Assembly: GCA_963662465.1 (NCBI GenBank)
Contig: OY759599.1
Span: 6,464,001 to 6,528,000 of the forward strand
Direction of reading: 5' to 3'
Length of the DNA: 64,000 bases
Origin: Desulfatiglandales bacterium
Lineage (GTDB): Bacteria; Desulfobacterota; DSM-4660; Desulfatiglandales; Desulfatiglandaceae
Shown here one piece after another: positions 62,618 to 64,000 of this stretch (position 1 is its first letter; each line of letters starts with the position of its first letter). Below the pieces are notes generated by a model. It did no database searches, was not told where the DNA came from, and saw only the letters and a list, made by a program, of their open reading frames with translations. Both the position numbers and the translations under genes were made by a program.

Positions 62618-63925
62618 TCAGGCCTCATCATACGACCCCCGGTCCCGATCCTGCAGGTAAACATGTCTGAATGCGCCTTTCTTCCCCTCCTGAAACCAGT
62701 CCAGACCGGTTTTACGGCAGGCCGGGCAGGCTTCCATGGGAATGTGGACGCCCATGATATGCTGGCCGGTACTGGCGGTTGACGAAATGGCAAAGGTTCC
62801 GGCACAATGGGAACAGCATCTTATTTTTTCATTTTGTCGTTCCTGAATGCCGTCCGTATCATAAAAAATGTCGCGTTTCCGTTCCAGGATATTTCCTTCT
62901 TCATAGGGTATTTTCGCAAGCCCACCCCGTAAAAATAAATTCTTTAGTTCCTCAACCTGTCGTTCAATTTGTCGCGTCACGTCCATGGTTTGAGGGCGAT
63001 AGTCTTTTTCGTAATTGGGTTCCTTTACATGCGATGTGTCCATGCCCGCCATGGCCATGATAATGCCCACATTGACATAGGGCAGGGCATTTTCAATGGC
63101 GTATCCTCCTTCAAGCACGGCAATGTCCGGCTTCAGGCGTGCATTGAGGATTGAATACCCGCGGGCGGAAAAGTTCATATCGGTGATGGGATCGTTGAAG
63201 TGGTTATCCTGGCCCGCGGAATTGATGACGATTTCGGGCTTAAATTTTTCCAGGAGCGGCATGACCAGTTCATCAAGGGTATAAAGGAAGCCCTGTTCAC
63301 CGGTTTGGGGCGGCAGGGGAATATTGATGGTTTTCCCCTGAGCATTGGGGCCGCCGGATTCACGGGGAAAACCGGTTCCCGGGTACAGGGTCCGACCGTC
63401 CTGGTGAATGGAGATGAAAAGCGTGTTGGGATCGTGCCAGTAAATATCCTGGGTGCCATCCCCGTGATGGCAGTCCGTATCCACAATGGCCACTTTTCGA
63501 ATGCCATAATGGGCTCTGATGTATTCGATCATGACCGCTTCAATGTTGATATTGCAAAATCCGCGATTACCGTGAACCACGCGCATGGCATGGTGTCCCG
63601 GCGGACGAACCAGAGCGAAGGCGCTTTCCACTTCCCCTTTTAAGACCGCGTCGGCGGCCACCAGGCAGCCGCCGGCGGATATCAGGTGGCTTTCCGTGGT
63701 GACGGAAGCTTCATTTGGAACACAGAAATGGGTGCGTTGAATGTCTTCATAGGCCGCCGGGCGTACACGATATTCCACAATTCCCGGAATATCCAGCAGA
63801 CCTTCTTCCATGACCTGGTCCTGGGTATAGAGAAGACGTTCCTCACGCTCAGGATGATCGGGGCTGATGGCCCAGTCAAAAGCGGGAAAAAAGACCAATC
63901 CGGTCCTGCGTTGTGCGCGTATCAT
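62618..63925 (-). CDS. Histone deacetylase family protein with a C-terminal CxxC...CxxC
   Basis: HPE, RPPGHHA, GFC, DTDCHHGDGT, SAGQD, LEGGY. Confidence 0.93.
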   Translation of the reverse strand: MIRAQRRTGLVFFPAFDWAISPDHPEREERLLYTQDQVMEEGLLDIPGIVEYRVRPAAYEDIQRTHFCVPNEASVTTESHLISAGGCLVAADAVLKGEVESAFALVRPPGHHAMRVVHGNRGFCNINIEAVMIEYIRAHYGIRKVAIVDTDCHHGDGTQDIYWHDPNTLFISIHQDGRTLYPGTGFPRESGGPNAQGKTINIPLPPQTGEQGFLYTLDELVMPLLEKFKPEIVINSAGQDNHFNDPITDMNFSARGYSILNARLKPDIAVLEGGYAIENALPYVNVGIIMAMAGMDTSHVKEPNYEKDYRPQTMDVTRQIERQVEELKNLFLRGGLAKIPYEEGNILERKRDIFYDTDGIQERQNEKIRCCSHCAGTFAISSTASTGQHIMGVHIPMEACPACRKTGLDWFQEGKKGAFRHVYLQDRDRGSYDEA

Positions 63926-63928
63926 GGG

Positions 63929-64000
63929 TCAAAGGCTCCTTTTCCATTGGGGGATGAGTCCGGGCGTTATGCTCATTTTAAGGCGGATGTTCCGGCCCAC
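63929..64000 (-). CDS. 3' end of an upstream gene, possibly hydantoinase/oxoprolinase family
   Basis: Open frame VGRNIRLKMSITPGLIPQWKRSL* ending 3 nt before the HDAC start; the family is a guess from typical synteny. Confidence 0.45.
   Translation of the reverse strand: MGRNIRLKMSITPGLIPQWKRSL

Overview
64 kb of a bacterial chromosome, most likely a Desulfobacterota (deltaproteobacterial) anaerobe; this is inferred from gene content, not from a database search. From left to right: (1) a compatible-solute cluster (MpgP-like phosphatase, Ggs/Mgs-like GT2, glycerate kinase); (2) carB followed by an atypical PurF homologue lacking Cys1; (3) an FAD oxidoreductase, a methyltransferase, amrS, an unlisted 52-aa ORF and truA-rpsI-rplM; (4) tRNA-Arg(UCG) and tRNA-Lys(CUU), followed by a decayed phage-like insertion (DUF1640, ParB-like and terminase-small-subunit-like fragments); (5) a porin, a Tat DUF362 protein and a polyferredoxin; (6) a sigma54-driven operon of three exported proteins plus a kinase and an NtrC-type regulator; (7) a 1665-bp tandem duplication of an AAA-ATPase/PD-(D/E)xK gene with two divergent blocks; (8) a type II secretion locus, with LysM and protease genes nearby; (9) nadE, cNMP/PilZ sensors, queDEC, DUF3782, dctP, purQ-purL, a ClpX-like ATPase without a zinc finger, and an HDAC-family gene. 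The most striking non-gene signal is at least 14 short period-7 tandem arrays, from several sequence families, sitting at gene junctions. Many are inverted pairs. One pair (59879-60053) encloses what looks like an internally deleted four-helix-bundle gene. The AGTGAAR arrays in the T2SS operon supply or abut the stop codons and offer in-frame GTG starts. I saw no CRISPR array, rRNA, intact transposase or integrase. All family calls come from motif recognition by eye.
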